From NCBI GenBank assembly GCA_000004985.1, contig GG738869.1: a DNA stretch of 64,000 nucleotides. One strand, 5' to 3'. A model generated the notes under the pieces. It worked only from the letters and a program-made list of their open reading frames with translations. It made no database searches and was not told the DNA's origin. The first letter of the stretch is position 1. Every line of letters starts with the position of its first letter. The position numbers and the translations under genes are program-made. This DNA comes from Naegleria gruberi (lineage: Eukaryota). This document shows positions 12,096 through 24,270 of the stretch, piece by piece.

Positions 12096-13769
12096 ATGCG
12101 TCAATTGGCATCAATGCCAACCTCTACTGAAGGCAGTAGAGCAGAGCAGAGTAATAACGGTTGTACTACTTGGCCCTCACCAGATAAAAAAAAGAAATTA
12201 TCCAATACAACAACAAAAAATCAACTCTCTGCCTCGAGATTATCGTCAGCAATGTTTAGAAAGTCGATTTTTGATAGTGATGAACAAAAACCTCAGGAAG
12301 GAGAATTTGTTACCGTTGATTCTCTTAGGAAAAAGCTCTCCCTTAATTTATTTAGTTCTGAAAAAAAGAAAAAGGAAGAACAAGAAGCAGGAGTATCAAT
12401 TCTTCGTCAAAGTTTTAATCTTATAGAATGTAATCAATCACCGAGTGCCACTTTTAAACCAAAAACTTATAATAATTGCAATGCACAAATTGCAACATCA
12501 AAATTTCCATCTTCAGAATCATCATACAATCCAATGGAAACGTCAAGACAGACGTATAGATCGAGTGAAAGTGGTGACAAAAAACTAAAGAGTACAAAAG
12601 AATCAATAGCAATGCCTCCTCTACAATTAGGAAAAACTTCGAGAGAAGAAACAGATACTTTTGTAAGAGGTTTTCAATATATTGAAAAACTCAATAAGAG
12701 AGCAAAATCAGCTGGACAACAAAGATCAAATCTATCTACAAGTAGAACATCAAACTCTGGCTTTTTGAGCTCTAGATCCTATAAAAGCACAATTCAATCA
12801 ACAAGGGAATCAAAAGATGGTGCTTCTCAAATGGCAACAGGAGAAAATGATTTTGTTTGGGAAAATTATGAAAATTTAAGGGGAACACCTGATTTACAAC
12901 ATCACACTGTAAAAACCTCAACTCTGGAACCACTTAGATTGCAGTATGACCCTAGTCAGATTAGAATGACACCTGTATCTATTGTAAATACTCATGGAGG
13001 AAGTAACTCAAAGAAAAATATGATCAAAGATCTCAAGATGATGGCCGAAGCGTGTAGCAGAGCTGGACGTCTGAAAATGGAAGGTTTAATTCATTACAAA
13101 ATAGCAAACAAATACGAGGAACTGCAAGAAGACATGTCTGCTGTGCCACATTATGAAAGATTTTTAGCAATTAGTGAAAATCTCAAAGATGAAATGGGTC
13201 AGTGTTTGGCACTTAATTGTCTTGGTGTGTTATACCAAAAGATGGGAGGAACTGAAAATCTTAATATTGGTCTCAAGTATCATATGATGCAATGGGATAT
13301 TTCGGATCCTCAGTCCCAAATTGTTAGTAACATTAACATGGGACTGATATTCCAACAATTGGGACACTTTGAAAACGCCTCTGACAATTTTAAAATGGCT
13401 TACCAACAATCTCAGAAAATTGGTGATAAACAAGGAGAAAGTATAGCTTTAGCTAATCTAGGTTTACTTGGTAAAGAGAATGGTGATTTATCAATTGCCC
13501 AAGCATGTATGGAAAGACATTTAACGCTTTCAGAAAATCTCAATAATCCAGTGAGTGAAGGAGAAGCCTATCAACATTTGGGTATTTTGGCCTCAAAAAA
13601 AGGAGATGGAGACGAAGCTGTTAAAATGTTACAAAAAGCTAGAAATATTGCAATCCAATACGATAAGAAGAAGGCAGATCAAATTGCTTGTAATATAGGA
13701 ATAATAGAGGGTAATAACATGTTTGAACAGTACATGAAACGATTGTATCCTGAAACTACAACTAATTAA
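12096..13769 (+). CDS. TPR-repeat protein with a Ser/Thr-rich N-terminal region
   Basis: 557-aa ORF. The C-terminal half consists of tandem TPR-like repeats (CLALNCLGVLYQKMG, ESIALANLGLLGKENGD, EAYQHLGILASKKGD). Confidence 0.45.
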   Translation: MRQLASMPTSTEGSRAEQSNNGCTTWPSPDKKKKLSNTTTKNQLSASRLSSAMFRKSIFDSDEQKPQEGEFVTVDSLRKKLSLNLFSSEKKKKEEQEAGVSILRQSFNLIECNQSPSATFKPKTYNNCNAQIATSKFPSSESSYNPMETSRQTYRSSESGDKKLKSTKESIAMPPLQLGKTSREETDTFVRGFQYIEKLNKRAKSAGQQRSNLSTSRTSNSGFLSSRSYKSTIQSTRESKDGASQMATGENDFVWENYENLRGTPDLQHHTVKTSTLEPLRLQYDPSQIRMTPVSIVNTHGGSNSKKNMIKDLKMMAEACSRAGRLKMEGLIHYKIANKYEELQEDMSAVPHYERFLAISENLKDEMGQCLALNCLGVLYQKMGGTENLNIGLKYHMMQWDISDPQSQIVSNINMGLIFQQLGHFENASDNFKMAYQQSQKIGDKQGESIALANLGLLGKENGDLSIAQACMERHLTLSENLNNPVSEGEAYQHLGILASKKGDGDEAVKMLQKARNIAIQYDKKKADQIACNIGIIEGNNMFEQYMKRLYPETTTN

Positions 13770-13818
13770 AAATTCACAGCTTTATCGATATTTCTTTAAC
13801 AAAAACAACTAATTAAAA

Positions 13819-16119
13819 ATGCTTTCACTTCACATTGAAACAAATCGACCAAGAGGACGAGCCAATTCTATCGATCGGAAAAGTCTTGTTGGCTCTGTTC
13901 AAACAACATCAATGATGAAACCATCATCACCAACAAATGATAATACAGCAAATACTCCAACAGCAACTTTTCATCATATTTCCTCTTCAAATAGAAAACA
14001 AGTACCACGTTTTAGATTTTTACAGGGTTTTCCTGTAACAGCATTGATAGTGGTCAACGGAATTAGAGGACAACAAATTAGTTTCATGTATCCAACAGAG
14101 GAACATTCTATATTTCAACAGCAATCCGATGAAGTTTTTACCAATATTCCTGTAGTACCAAATAATGTAAATAATAATCCAAGCAATACCATCACTGTAA
14201 ACACAAATAATAATCAATCGGAACAAATTAATCCACAAGCAACTCCATCAACAGTTTCTTTAAGTACGAGTATTGGAAATAATGTAACACAACCAATTCC
14301 GACAAATATAACTACAACCCAATCTTCCCAACAACATTTAGTATCACATCCACAGGTTATTGATAGATATGAAAATGCATTCGGATTAAATAGTGCAGCT
14401 CTATCATATCTGTTATGTCCTCCAAAAAGTAGTATTATCAACAAATCCATGTCAATGACCATTGACAAACTACTTTTCCTTTCCAGACCTTCTTCTATTC
14501 AGGTTAGAAAAATTCAACTTTCTAGTTTCAATATTTCTTCTCCATCCGTTATGGAATCTGCAGGTGGAGATTATACCCACTTTACAATAGCATTTGTCTT
14601 TCCAAATCATGTACTTGAGGAATATAACGAGAAACTCTTTTCTCATCTCTTAATGTTATTGATGAAATCATATGTAAGAGAACAACAAAGATGTGGATAT
14701 GTTTTGGATCAATTAAATCTATTAGGAAAATTGAAGGACCAAGCTAAGAATTGGAGAGATTTAGTTCTAAAAGCTTGTGATTCTAGTTTATTGGCAAAGG
14801 AACTAATTACTATAGTAGACTCTATTAGATCTGCAAATCCTTTACAATTGAGAATTAACAGTTGGATAGAATTTGGATTTAAAACACCAAAAAGGCTTCA
14901 TCATGCATATGAGAGAAAATTAGCTCACTTACATGATTACTTATCGAAAAATAAGTCACCAGTTCACAATGAATGCAATAGAGAGAAAGTAAGAGCTTAT
15001 AATTCATGTATCTTTGTAAACGATCTTCCTAAGCTCAAAGTACCTTTTGATGGTCTGCAAGAGCTTCAAGGAAATGACTCAATACTTCGTCTTTTCAACA
15101 CTGCCACTAAAACAATTGGAGAAATTGCAAAAGAAAATAACCTTAATTTGAGTTTTGTATTGGCATTAGTTCAACACTTAGTTGATTGGGGTCTTGTGAG
15201 GATTATACCAAAAATTAGCTATAGTACTGTACTGACATTGAATGAACATCCAGATAACTCAGAAGATGGCTTTTCAAAATGCTCAAAACACGACTGGTTT
15301 CCTCCACCAGATCACGTTATTCATGAATTCTCAAAAAGATTTCCACATTTTCCCAATCTAATTGAAGTTTTGGAAATATTTTCAACAACAAAGACATGTA
15401 GATCTCACATTGAAAATATTGCCAAAATTCAATCATATTTATCTGGAAAACCAAGCCCCTATCTTGAAAATTCTCCAACTACATATTTTCCTTCAGAACT
15501 CAAAACTTCAAAGAAAAAGACACCAACCTCATCATCGAGCAGTGCGGTTGCAAATTCTGAGCAATATATGATGAGCATTGTTTGGCTTTTGAGAAAAGGC
15601 TATATTCGAGTTTGTAACACATATTATCAATTAATTATTCCACAACATCAAAAAGGTGCATTCATGAGAATTCCAGGTGGAGGAAGAGATATGCTTTCAA
15701 ACTCTCCATCGACACCACCACACAATATTGGGTTATCACCATCCAATCATCAAAATGCAACCAACATTATTCGTGATGATTACGACGATGTTTCCAGTGT
15801 TAGCAGTACAGACAGTAGTCCCCAGTCTACCCCATTTAAAAAGTATTTCAATGTCAAGATACCTCTCAGTGCTGGAAATGAGTTATGTGAAGAGGACGAT
15901 AGTCAACCAACCTTTAAATCTCTATCAGCATTTGATTTGGATTACGTTAAAAGTTTATCTGACGACTCTCATACTTTGGATTTATTCAAAAAGCTTCATA
16001 TCTATTTTAATGGAGAATATTCAGAGAGAGAAATAATTCATCAAAACAATATCTCTAGAGAAGATTTGAAAAAGCTTGTAAAAACATTCAACGAGATCAT
16101 CCTTACCTATACAATTTAA
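13819..16119 (+). CDS. NPRL3 / Npr3-like GATOR1 complex subunit
   Basis: LQGFPVTALIVVNGIRGQQISFMYP resembles the NPRL3 N-terminus. REQQRCGYVLDQLNLLGKLKDQ and LRINSWIEFGFKTPKRLHHAY align to human NPRL3 [21 protein letters not shown] / [20 protein letters not shown]. Confidence 0.65.
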   Translation: MLSLHIETNRPRGRANSIDRKSLVGSVQTTSMMKPSSPTNDNTANTPTATFHHISSSNRKQVPRFRFLQGFPVTALIVVNGIRGQQISFMYPTEEHSIFQQQSDEVFTNIPVVPNNVNNNPSNTITVNTNNNQSEQINPQATPSTVSLSTSIGNNVTQPIPTNITTTQSSQQHLVSHPQVIDRYENAFGLNSAALSYLLCPPKSSIINKSMSMTIDKLLFLSRPSSIQVRKIQLSSFNISSPSVMESAGGDYTHFTIAFVFPNHVLEEYNEKLFSHLLMLLMKSYVREQQRCGYVLDQLNLLGKLKDQAKNWRDLVLKACDSSLLAKELITIVDSIRSANPLQLRINSWIEFGFKTPKRLHHAYERKLAHLHDYLSKNKSPVHNECNREKVRAYNSCIFVNDLPKLKVPFDGLQELQGNDSILRLFNTATKTIGEIAKENNLNLSFVLALVQHLVDWGLVRIIPKISYSTVLTLNEHPDNSEDGFSKCSKHDWFPPPDHVIHEFSKRFPHFPNLIEVLEIFSTTKTCRSHIENIAKIQSYLSGKPSPYLENSPTTYFPSELKTSKKKTPTSSSSSAVANSEQYMMSIVWLLRKGYIRVCNTYYQLIIPQHQKGAFMRIPGGGRDMLSNSPSTPPHNIGLSPSNHQNATNIIRDDYDDVSSVSSTDSSPQSTPFKKYFNVKIPLSAGNELCEEDDSQPTFKSLSAFDLDYVKSLSDDSHTLDLFKKLHIYFNGEYSEREIIHQNNISREDLKKLVKTFNEIILTYTI

Positions 16120-16306
16120 ATGAATTAATAACAAATATTATTTATTCAATCAGTTTATAATTTCAACAAGAGCTTGGCATAAGAACACGCGTTGTTCTAC
16201 CACGCGTAAAATACGCAATTTCTTTTTGAATCCATTTTGCATTGAATTTTTTATTAATAAACCATCAGCGTCGGAGCATAATTCTCTCAAAATCAACATT
16301 AAAAAA

Positions 16307-17362
16307 ATGAAAATAGACGCCACTGATAGAATCCCACTCATTGAAGATGAATTACCTAGCAGTGATGAAGTTGTACAAAAATCATCAGATCGTAACAGTA
16401 GAAGGGAGGTTACCTTGTCAGAGTCAGGTTAGTTTAAATTTAAATAATTTTATTTACGTCTTGTAGTTGGTAGTATTGTATCAACAATATTTGAAGTTGA
16501 AAGCCTTCCTGGAATTATTTTGAGAGGTTGCGATACTAATACAGATTGGACCATGGATGAATTGGATCAACTAACTAAACAATTTCAAATATTATATGGT
16601 AATGGAACAAAAAGAACAAAGAAAATAATAGAACAAATCAAGAAAATTGATAAAGAATTAGAACTAAAAGGCTCCAATACACCATCAAATACATCAAGAA
16701 AAAGAAAGCATTATGATGACGATGATGAAGATGATAGCAGCGATGAACAAACAGAAAATACAAATGTACAATCAGCAAGAAGATGCTTTTGCCCTTCGTT
16801 ATCCAAGAAAAAGAATCCATCTGCAACAGTTGCATGGGAAAAGTATACAAAAAGAAGCAATAGAGGGAATGTAAATTCTGTATCCCTTCGATATAATAGC
16901 AATTTAGCAGCAACAATGGCCAATGGTCATCGCCAAGCAACACTAGTGTTAGAAGCAAGTCTCCAAAAGACAACACCCCTTATGGGATCATCAAAGAAGG
17001 AAAGAATGGATGAAATGCAACTTTCTACATTGCTAGTAGCAGCAGCAACAGTGGATCGTCAAAAATTATCAACTGGTAATGTGGAAAATTCTAATAGTAT
17101 AACGGAACAACAAGCCTCAACAAATGTTACTACTACAACTACTACTCAACAAGCATCATTAGTTGTTTCTAGTACCTCTGAACAAGTTCAAGAACAAACT
17201 GCAAATCCACCTCCACAAGTAGATCAAATCCCTTCCATCCAAACAACATCATCCTCAACATATCCTCCTATGTATAATAATCAAGTTCCAGTTGATGAGA
17301 CGTCATCTTCTAATTTCATTTTACCACCTTTAAGTCAGTCACATAATTATCCATACACTTGA
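16307..17362 (+). CDS. Nuclear-type protein with a possible SANT/Myb-like motif and S/T/Q-rich and acidic tracts
   Basis: Two exons (16307..16427, 16467..17362) with a GTTAGT donor and a 39-nt intron. It contains TDWTMDELDQLTKQFQILYGNG, an acidic DDDDEDDSSDE block and a poly-T/Q tail. Confidence 0.35.
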
Positions 17363-17408
17363 TAAAACAATTAATTAATCTAAAATACTTGAGAATGGTA
17401 TTTATTAT

Positions 17409-18543
17409 TTACATTGAAGAATCTTCCGAAACACCATTTTCATCATCATTTAACTCTATGTAGTTAGGATCATATCTTTTTCTCAAAGCTTTAAGAAACC
17501 AGTGATGCTTTATACCAGGAGGTTTACTCTTAGCAAAAATATTAAGAGCTTCATCAATTGGAATAGCTCGTTCACTTATTAAATAAGAACAACAAATAAA
17601 TCCTGTTCTATTAAAGCCATACGAGCAGTGAACTCCAATGTAGTGTGAAGGAAACTTTTCAAAGAAATCATTTATGACATGATTGAAATCCACTTGTTGC
17701 TCCTCTCCTGGTATTTCTTTTGCTACAAGTCTAACCTTAATATAGGTTAGTGGAATAGTTTCTGTATTGTCTATAACATTCCTAATCTCATCAGATGTGA
17801 AATTATCATAAATGCATGATTTCCTCAAAATAGGAGAGGTAATAACATATTTCAATAATGTATCCTTTTCCTCTTCATCTTTAAAATACAATTTTCCAAT
17901 CTCTTTCAAAAATTGTTCAGGATTTTTGGGTGAGCATACGGAATCCACATCATAAATGCAATCATGATTCGATAAATCTACAATTCCAGCTACGCAATAT
18001 CCACTAAAATTATAAAATTAAATATTTCATCACCAATAATAATTAAACTAACCTTTTTAAATTTCCAAAAAGAAAATCCTCGGTAGTGAAAGGTCTCCAC
18101 TTTTTAGTTGATTCTAAAAACTTAGTTTTAATTGGTGTTTTTAAAGGAATAATGTGGGTTGGCTCGAGAGGTGTTCCAAAATTATCCAGACCAGACCATT
18201 TCGAAATTTTCTGTAAAACATTATGTCTTACATTGGCTGTTGTTGGCGATGGAGTTGTTTCTTCAACGCTTGGTGTTGGATTTTCATTAGATGATGATGA
18301 TGCCGAGGTAACAGTTGTATCTACGGAAAGGTTCTTTTTGTACAAAGGGGAAGGAGGTGTTGTAGGTGATGATCCATTGGTATCTTGAATTGCAATGTTA
18401 CTTGTTTGAATTGTTAAACAATGAACACTTGAATTAGAACTATTGCGGAGATTTTTTGATGAGTTGTTGCTTGTTTCTTCTGATGCATTTCTCTCACAAC
18501 AGGGTTCTGAGTTTGCTGATGATGTACATTTGGGTGATTGCAT
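17409..18543 (-). CDS. DUSP11 / mRNA-capping-enzyme-type RNA 5'-phosphatase (CX5R dual-specificity phosphatase)
   Basis: Two exons (18543..18053, 18003..17409) with a GTTAGT donor. The active site VHCSYGFNRTGF (HCx5R) matches capping-enzyme/BVP/DUSP11 HCTHGxNRTG. An S/T-rich N-terminal extension precedes it. Confidence 0.6.
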
Positions 18544-18639
18544 TTTTTTTCAAGATTCTTATCTATTGGAAGAGATTTTTCTCATAAAAGAAAAAGTAAT
18601 TCAATAATTTAAATTTGATATTTTTAAATGGAATTTAAT

Positions 18640-19116
18640 TTACTTGGAGGTAGCAGTTGGAGCCTTAACATTCTTGTTTCTCATTTGCGACTTCATCATT
18701 TGCTTTTGAGCCTTTTGTTGTTCCTTTCTACCGGATTGTTCCTTGATATTCTTATTCTTTTGAGCATCATTGGTGGAGGTTCTGATCTTTTCTCTTTGTT
18801 GAGCAGTTTGGTTCTTTTGAGCCTTGATGAATTCAAGGGAAGCACCAGCAATACCTCTTTCAACTCTGGCGGTTCTTCTCTTCTTGTTCTTCTTCAATTG
18901 TTCAACTGAACCCTTCTTGTGTTGTCTTCTGTAAAGTTGAGTCCATCTGACAACTCTTGGATTTCTTCTAGCCAAGAAAAGCTTGATGGCCTTTCTGGAG
19001 ACGAAAGTGAAGACTGGTCTAGTGGATTGGACGTTAGTGCAAGGAACATATCTAACACCGTGACCTGGGTAGATCTTGTAACCGGAGAAGAGACAAATTT
19101 CAGTCTTGATTACCAT
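18640..19116 (-). CDS. rpl24: 60S ribosomal protein eL24 (L24e)
   Basis: MVIKTEICLFSGYKIYPGHG...RNPRVVRWTQLYRRQHKKG is the eL24 signature. The true ATG is at 19116; upstream in-frame Ms in the track are artefacts. Confidence 0.85.
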   Translation of the reverse strand: MVIKTEICLFSGYKIYPGHGVRYVPCTNVQSTRPVFTFVSRKAIKLFLARRNPRVVRWTQLYRRQHKKGSVEQLKKNKKRRTARVERGIAGASLEFIKAQKNQTAQQREKIRTSTNDAQKNKNIKEQSGRKEQQKAQKQMMKSQMRNKNVKAPTATSK

Positions 19117-19510
19117 TGTTCTGTTTAAATTTTTAAAGTTGTTGTTCGACCTTGTGATAGGCGTGAGAGAACTTACTTTTTTCGACTTTTTTTTCAACAA
19201 ATTTTTAAAAATTTTGGTTGACGACCAAGAGACTTTTTTACAATGAAATATTTTTGGCAAACAGAACACCATACAAACTTCTATTTTGCTTGGACAAGTT
19301 TTAGCAAAAGTGATGTAAAGGCTAGTAATTCTTCTTATTGCTAGCTAACATATTTATTGTATTCTTGTGATCATATAACTATAAACAACAACAATAAACT
19401 CTTTCAGTTGGAGACAACTTGACTTGGAGGTTCTCTTTACACCAACTCCCTTCAACCACCAACTCATCAAAGCTAATTTTAAAATTATTAAATACTTTAA
19501 ATATTAAAAA

Positions 19511-21457
19511 ATGAGTTATAACAATAATGACGATTTTCTTGCTGGTTCAATCGAGGAAGATGAGAACTCTACCGCCCAAGAAAAGATTGGTCCTTTCATA
19601 TTAAAGAAAACTTTAGGAGAAGGATCAACAGGTAAAGTTAAACTTGCTATCCATAAAGATTCGGGCGAAAAAGTTGCAATTAAAATCATCAACAAGAAAA
19701 TTCTTACTCACAAACCTCATCTGAAGAAGAAGGTTGAAAGAGAAATAGCTGTTATGAAAATGATCCGTCATAAACACATCATTAGATTGTACGATGTACT
19801 TCAAACAAAAATGTATTTATTCTTGATTATGGAATATGTAGAAGGAGGAGAACTTTTTGATTATATTGTTGAGAGAGGAAGATTGACTATTGAAGAAGCT
19901 TTCCATTTCTTCCAACAAATTATTCTTGGAGTTGAATACTGCCATAAACAATTAATATGTCACAGAGATTTAAAACCAGAAAATTTATTGTTAGATACTT
20001 ATAAGAATATCAAGATTGCTGATTGTAAGTAATGACATCTTCAATTCAAGCCTAAATAGTATATTGTAGTTGGTATGGCTTCACTTATGGAAGAAGGAAA
20101 ACTTTTGGAAACTTCATGTGGATCACCGCATTAGTAAGTATTCTAAATTAGGAACGAATGGATAACTGAATATTGTAGTGCTTCTCCGGAAATTGTAAGA
20201 GGATTGAAATATAATGGTATGGAAGCTGATATTTGGAGTATGGGTGTTATTCTTTATGCCTTGTTAACAGGTAGACTTCCATTTGATGATGAGAATTTGC
20301 ATGTATTACTTGCCAAAGTTAAGGAAGGAAAGTATGAAATTCCACAATTTTTGGATGAAGAAGTTAGAGATCTTATTTCTAGAATGCTTACATTAAATCC
20401 AAAAGCAAGAATTGTTTTGAAAGATATCAAAAATCATCCTTGGTGGAAAAAGATGGAAAAAAAGATGATGTTATTAGATCAAATTCGTCATACTTCTTCC
20501 AGTGAAGAAATTTCTCAACAAGATGCAATTCAAGAAAAAATCTTACAACACAAACAACCAACTGAACCTGCAGAGGTTAATGATCCAAACTCTGTCGATG
20601 TAAATCTTAACATTAATCAAGAACAAGAAAATATCAATCAAACACCATCAGAAGAAGTACCAAAGAAGGATGAAGAGAATACTGTTCAATGGGACGAAAG
20701 TAACATTGATCCAGAAGTATTCCAATCTACTTTGGAAAAAACTGGTTTAAGTGAGCAAGCATTGAAAGAAGCTCTCATGTCACCAGAGTAAGTATTTTTA
20801 AAACAATCATTTCAAATAATTAATTTCTAATTGTTTAGAAAAAATCTGGAAACTGTATTGTACAATCTTATCTTGCAATATAAGCGTGAACCTGAAAAGT
20901 CTCAAACAAACTTTTCTTTTGGATCTTCAAAATATAGTGTTGGTCCTTGTAATCCATTGACAGTTCCTGTTGATAAGGCTGGTGAATTGAGGAGAAGATT
21001 GCAAGAAGCCAATGGTGAAGAAGTAGAGCAAGAAACTGTAAATGAACAAGGAGCAGAAAAGGAACAAAGTGGTATTAAATGGTTTGCCTTTTGGAGAAAG
21101 AAGAAGACTAATCAAAAGGATGATCCAAAGAAGAAGCAAACACCTTCTCAATATGGTCTCCACAGCAGAAAATCACAAAGTGAAATTTTATCAGAAGTGA
21201 TTCGTGTATTTAAAGTTTTACAAATTCAATTCGAGAAGGCATCAGAGTCTACAGTTAGATTTAGTTGTATATTCCCTGTTGCAAAATTAGATCAAACCAG
21301 TGGCGACAGCTTTGTTACTGAAAAACAAGTTGTAATGGATATGACTATGAGTGCATTGGAAAATGATGGCTTTGTGCTAAACTTTACATTGGTTTCAGGT
21401 AGAACTTCAGATGCTCGTATTCTGTTCGATGCCTTACAGGATGAAGCAGAACTTTAA
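19511..21457 (+). CDS. AMPK-related Ser/Thr protein kinase, BRSK/SAD-like, with a C-terminal KA1-like tail
   Basis: Four exons (19511..20024, 20070..20133, 20179..20787, 20839..21457) with 45-51-nt introns. Kinase motifs are GEGSTGKVKLA, HRDLKPENLLL, D-FG (split by intron 1) and SPHY-ASPE (split by intron 2). YASPEIVRGLKYNGMEADIWSMGVILYALLTGRLPFDD matches BRSK. Confidence 0.75.
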
Positions 21458-21527
21458 TTTATTTGGTCTACGACAACTTCTTCAAATGAAATGTAAAATA
21501 CAATACTTCTTTTTCTTGTACAAAAAA

Positions 21528-22616
21528 ATGCTTTCACACTCTTTACGCAATCATCTTCAGATTAGAACACTCGGATTAAATAGAATATTAATTAATAGGA
21601 TATTTGATATCAACAAGTCATTCTGTTCGTTTTCAACATGTACAAATGAGAGAATTGTAAATATCACAGTACAAAAATTAGAAACAAATAGATTAATTTC
21701 AGAATATGGTTCAACATTAAAATTCCTTTTGAGATTTGACTCAGCTATTGCTATTCCACCAATAATGAATATTATTTCAAAAAATCCCGATTTTGAATTA
21801 TTTAATTTTTTGATATGTACTTGTTTGGAGAATGGCAATTTGTCATATGCAAAATTATTATTTAAAGAAATGAAAAACCATTTAACAAATTTTGACAATA
21901 TTCAAGATGGTTCTAAATCTCAAATTTATGAAATAATAATTCAATTATTGAAAAAGTCGTTAAAATCAGGAGATTTTTTGATATCTGAAGCAGAAGAGTA
22001 TTTTTCCTATTTGGAAAAGATTGGTTGTGTTACCAATTTAGCAATAATAACAATGTTGGAAATGTATAGGCAATCATTTGAAATTTCAAAAGCGTTTTTA
22101 CTTGCTGATAAATACAAATACTTGATAATGGGAGATGATTCTGGAGTTTTAATAGCTCGATTAATATTAATATCATCCAAAATTTCTGATTTAGATAAAA
22201 GGACACAACACGGAACAAAATATATTACATGGCTAAAAACAGATGCCACATTGGAAAGTAGGTCTATGTGCTTTGAGAATTTGATAGCATGTTTCCTACA
22301 TAACCCAAAAAAAAGTTTAGAAATATTACAATTTATGGAGAAGAGTAATATGAATATCAGTAACAAAATTAAGGAGTACTTCTATCTTCAATTAGAAATT
22401 AAGAAAATGAGTTTTACAGAAAAGAGCAGAGATGTAACACATGCTAATTTAATTGAATATTTAAATGAAGATACATTTTGGGATGCCATGCACAAGTCTT
22501 CTACTCATATTCCTAATAATGATGAGAATTATGAGAATGAACACATTTCATTTGAGGACTTTACCGATCAGTTTTCTTCCAATTTCATTTTATCACATTA
22601 TTCGAAAAGTAAATAA
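21528..22616 (+). CDS. Hypothetical helical-repeat protein with a putative mitochondrial presequence
   Basis: The first ATG after the kinase stop gives MLSHSLRNHLQIRTLGLNRILINRIF, a basic amphipathic leader. The rest is alpha-helical repeat-like (PPR/TPR-like). Confidence 0.35.
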   Translation: MLSHSLRNHLQIRTLGLNRILINRIFDINKSFCSFSTCTNERIVNITVQKLETNRLISEYGSTLKFLLRFDSAIAIPPIMNIISKNPDFELFNFLICTCLENGNLSYAKLLFKEMKNHLTNFDNIQDGSKSQIYEIIIQLLKKSLKSGDFLISEAEEYFSYLEKIGCVTNLAIITMLEMYRQSFEISKAFLLADKYKYLIMGDDSGVLIARLILISSKISDLDKRTQHGTKYITWLKTDATLESRSMCFENLIACFLHNPKKSLEILQFMEKSNMNISNKIKEYFYLQLEIKKMSFTEKSRDVTHANLIEYLNEDTFWDAMHKSSTHIPNNDENYENEHISFEDFTDQFSSNFILSHYSKSK

Positions 22617-22662
22617 TTATATTTATACAATACATTTTGCAATACATTTGCAATTGTTTTAT

Positions 22663-24270
22663 TTATTGCAAAGCACTGGCAGTATTTGGACGAGTCATTG
22701 ATTGATTAAGTGTTTTTTTCAAAGCAAACTTTTCTCGTTTCAAATTATTTTCTTTTTGCTTAAAGTTAAGTTCAGTGGTAGTAATAGAATCTTGGAGAGA
22801 TGCAACTTGGTCTTGGAGAGCAACAATCTTCTTCTTAAGGAGTTTTTGATCTGAAATTTTAGACTTTTCCAAAACATCAATCTTTCTTTCCAAGCTTTCG
22901 ATTGCTGTGTCCTTTTCACTTAGGATATTATCTCTTTCATTGGATAACTTTCTTAATTCATCTATATCTTTCAATAAAACATCAACAATTGCTGATGGAA
23001 CCATTTCCTCTTCCCCACTTTCGTTAATTTGAGACAATTTATCTTGAATTACTTCTGGGTTACGCCTTGCTTCCTTCATCAACTTGTCAACTTTTGTTTC
23101 TTTCAGTGCTTGGGTAATACTATCGAACTTTTGCTTTTGAGCCTCTAATTTCTTATCTTGAATTTGAATAGTTCTTTCCATGATTGACTTTTGTTCTTGC
23201 AGCTTCTTAATTTCATTGTGAAGGAATCTCTTATCACCTTCTAAAGCTTTAACAGGCACAATATCTTTTTCGATAACAAGTTTTGAAATTTCCTTATCCT
23301 TCTTTTGGGTTGATCTTTCAGCCATCTTGATTTCTTGCTTTAATCTTTCATTTTCTTTCATAACTGTTTGAGTTCTCTTCTTGTATTCTTCATACTCTTC
23401 TGCAGTGTTCTTCAATATCTCAATTTGATTATTCAATTCTTCTAAACTCTTTGTCTTCATTCTTGTAATCTCTTGAATAGTCTTGATTTCTTTTTGTGCC
23501 TTTTCTAACTTCAACAAGAGCTCAGCGTTCTTACATTCAGTTTGATATGCCTTATCGTGTTTGGACTCGATATTGAAAATCTTCTTTTCTAAATTGTCGA
23601 TGGCCTTATCTTTCTTATCGATTGAGACTTGGAGAGTATGAACTTCTGTTTCCAGGGTGCTGATTTTTACATTCTTCAACTTGATCTCATTTTCTAAACC
23701 AATAATTCTATCCAACGAATCTTCTTGTAGGACAGATCTGCTTTTTTGGTCAGAGGAAGATCTAAGTTTTTGAAGGGAGGCAATCGGGCTATGTTCTTCA
23801 AGTACTTTCTTTTCATTTTGGAGTGTTTTAATTTCCATTTCTTGCAATCTGCTTTTTTCCTTGATCTTATCATAAATATCTTGAGTATTTTCCAAATCAA
23901 GTTGTAATTTATCTATTGTTACCTCCTTTTGTTTAACTACCTTCTCTAACACTGTTTTTTCGTTGCTAACTAAATCAAAGGCTTTTTGAAGATCCTTAAA
24001 GTCTTGTTCCAAACGAATATATTTTGCGTAAAGTTCTTGTGATGGTGATTGTACAGAGAAGGGTACGGCTCGTTTGCTTGGAGTTCTTAGTTTGTCTTTC
24101 CTAAACACATCAGTGTTATTGAGGTCCAACAATGGAATAACAGGGGAGGATGGATTTTGTACTTCAGTAATATCTTCATTCACAATATCCTCAGTAACAA
24201 ATTCTTCATCCTGCAAATTACTACCATCTAGTGAGGTATCCAAGGCATCATTGGTAGGCGTCTCTGTCAT
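22663..24270 (-). CDS. Long coiled-coil protein (golgin/myosin-tail-like)
   Basis: ATG at 24270 (MTETPTNDALD). About 535 aa of heptad-rich sequence (LQNEKKVLEE..., EIKLKNVKISTLETE...). Confidence 0.45.
   Translation of the reverse strand: MTETPTNDALDTSLDGSNLQDEEFVTEDIVNEDITEVQNPSSPVIPLLDLNNTDVFRKDKLRTPSKRAVPFSVQSPSQELYAKYIRLEQDFKDLQKAFDLVSNEKTVLEKVVKQKEVTIDKLQLDLENTQDIYDKIKEKSRLQEMEIKTLQNEKKVLEEHSPIASLQKLRSSSDQKSRSVLQEDSLDRIIGLENEIKLKNVKISTLETEVHTLQVSIDKKDKAIDNLEKKIFNIESKHDKAYQTECKNAELLLKLEKAQKEIKTIQEITRMKTKSLEELNNQIEILKNTAEEYEEYKKRTQTVMKENERLKQEIKMAERSTQKKDKEISKLVIEKDIVPVKALEGDKRFLHNEIKKLQEQKSIMERTIQIQDKKLEAQKQKFDSITQALKETKVDKLMKEARRNPEVIQDKLSQINESGEEEMVPSAIVDVLLKDIDELRKLSNERDNILSEKDTAIESLERKIDVLEKSKISDQKLLKKKIVALQDQVASLQDSITTTELNFKQKENNLKREKFALKKTLNQSMTRPNTASALQ

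Noticed and set aside
16638-16976. 112-aa and 70-aa minus-strand ORFs inside the SANT-like gene
   Set aside because: They are antisense to the acidic and Ser-rich coding tract (GAT/GAA repeats) and give poly-L/S/H nonsense.
18628-19128. ORFs 18628..18909(+) and 18919..19128(+) antisense to rpl24
   Set aside because: rpl24 on the minus strand is unambiguous. The plus-strand ORFs are Leu/Ser-rich antisense noise.
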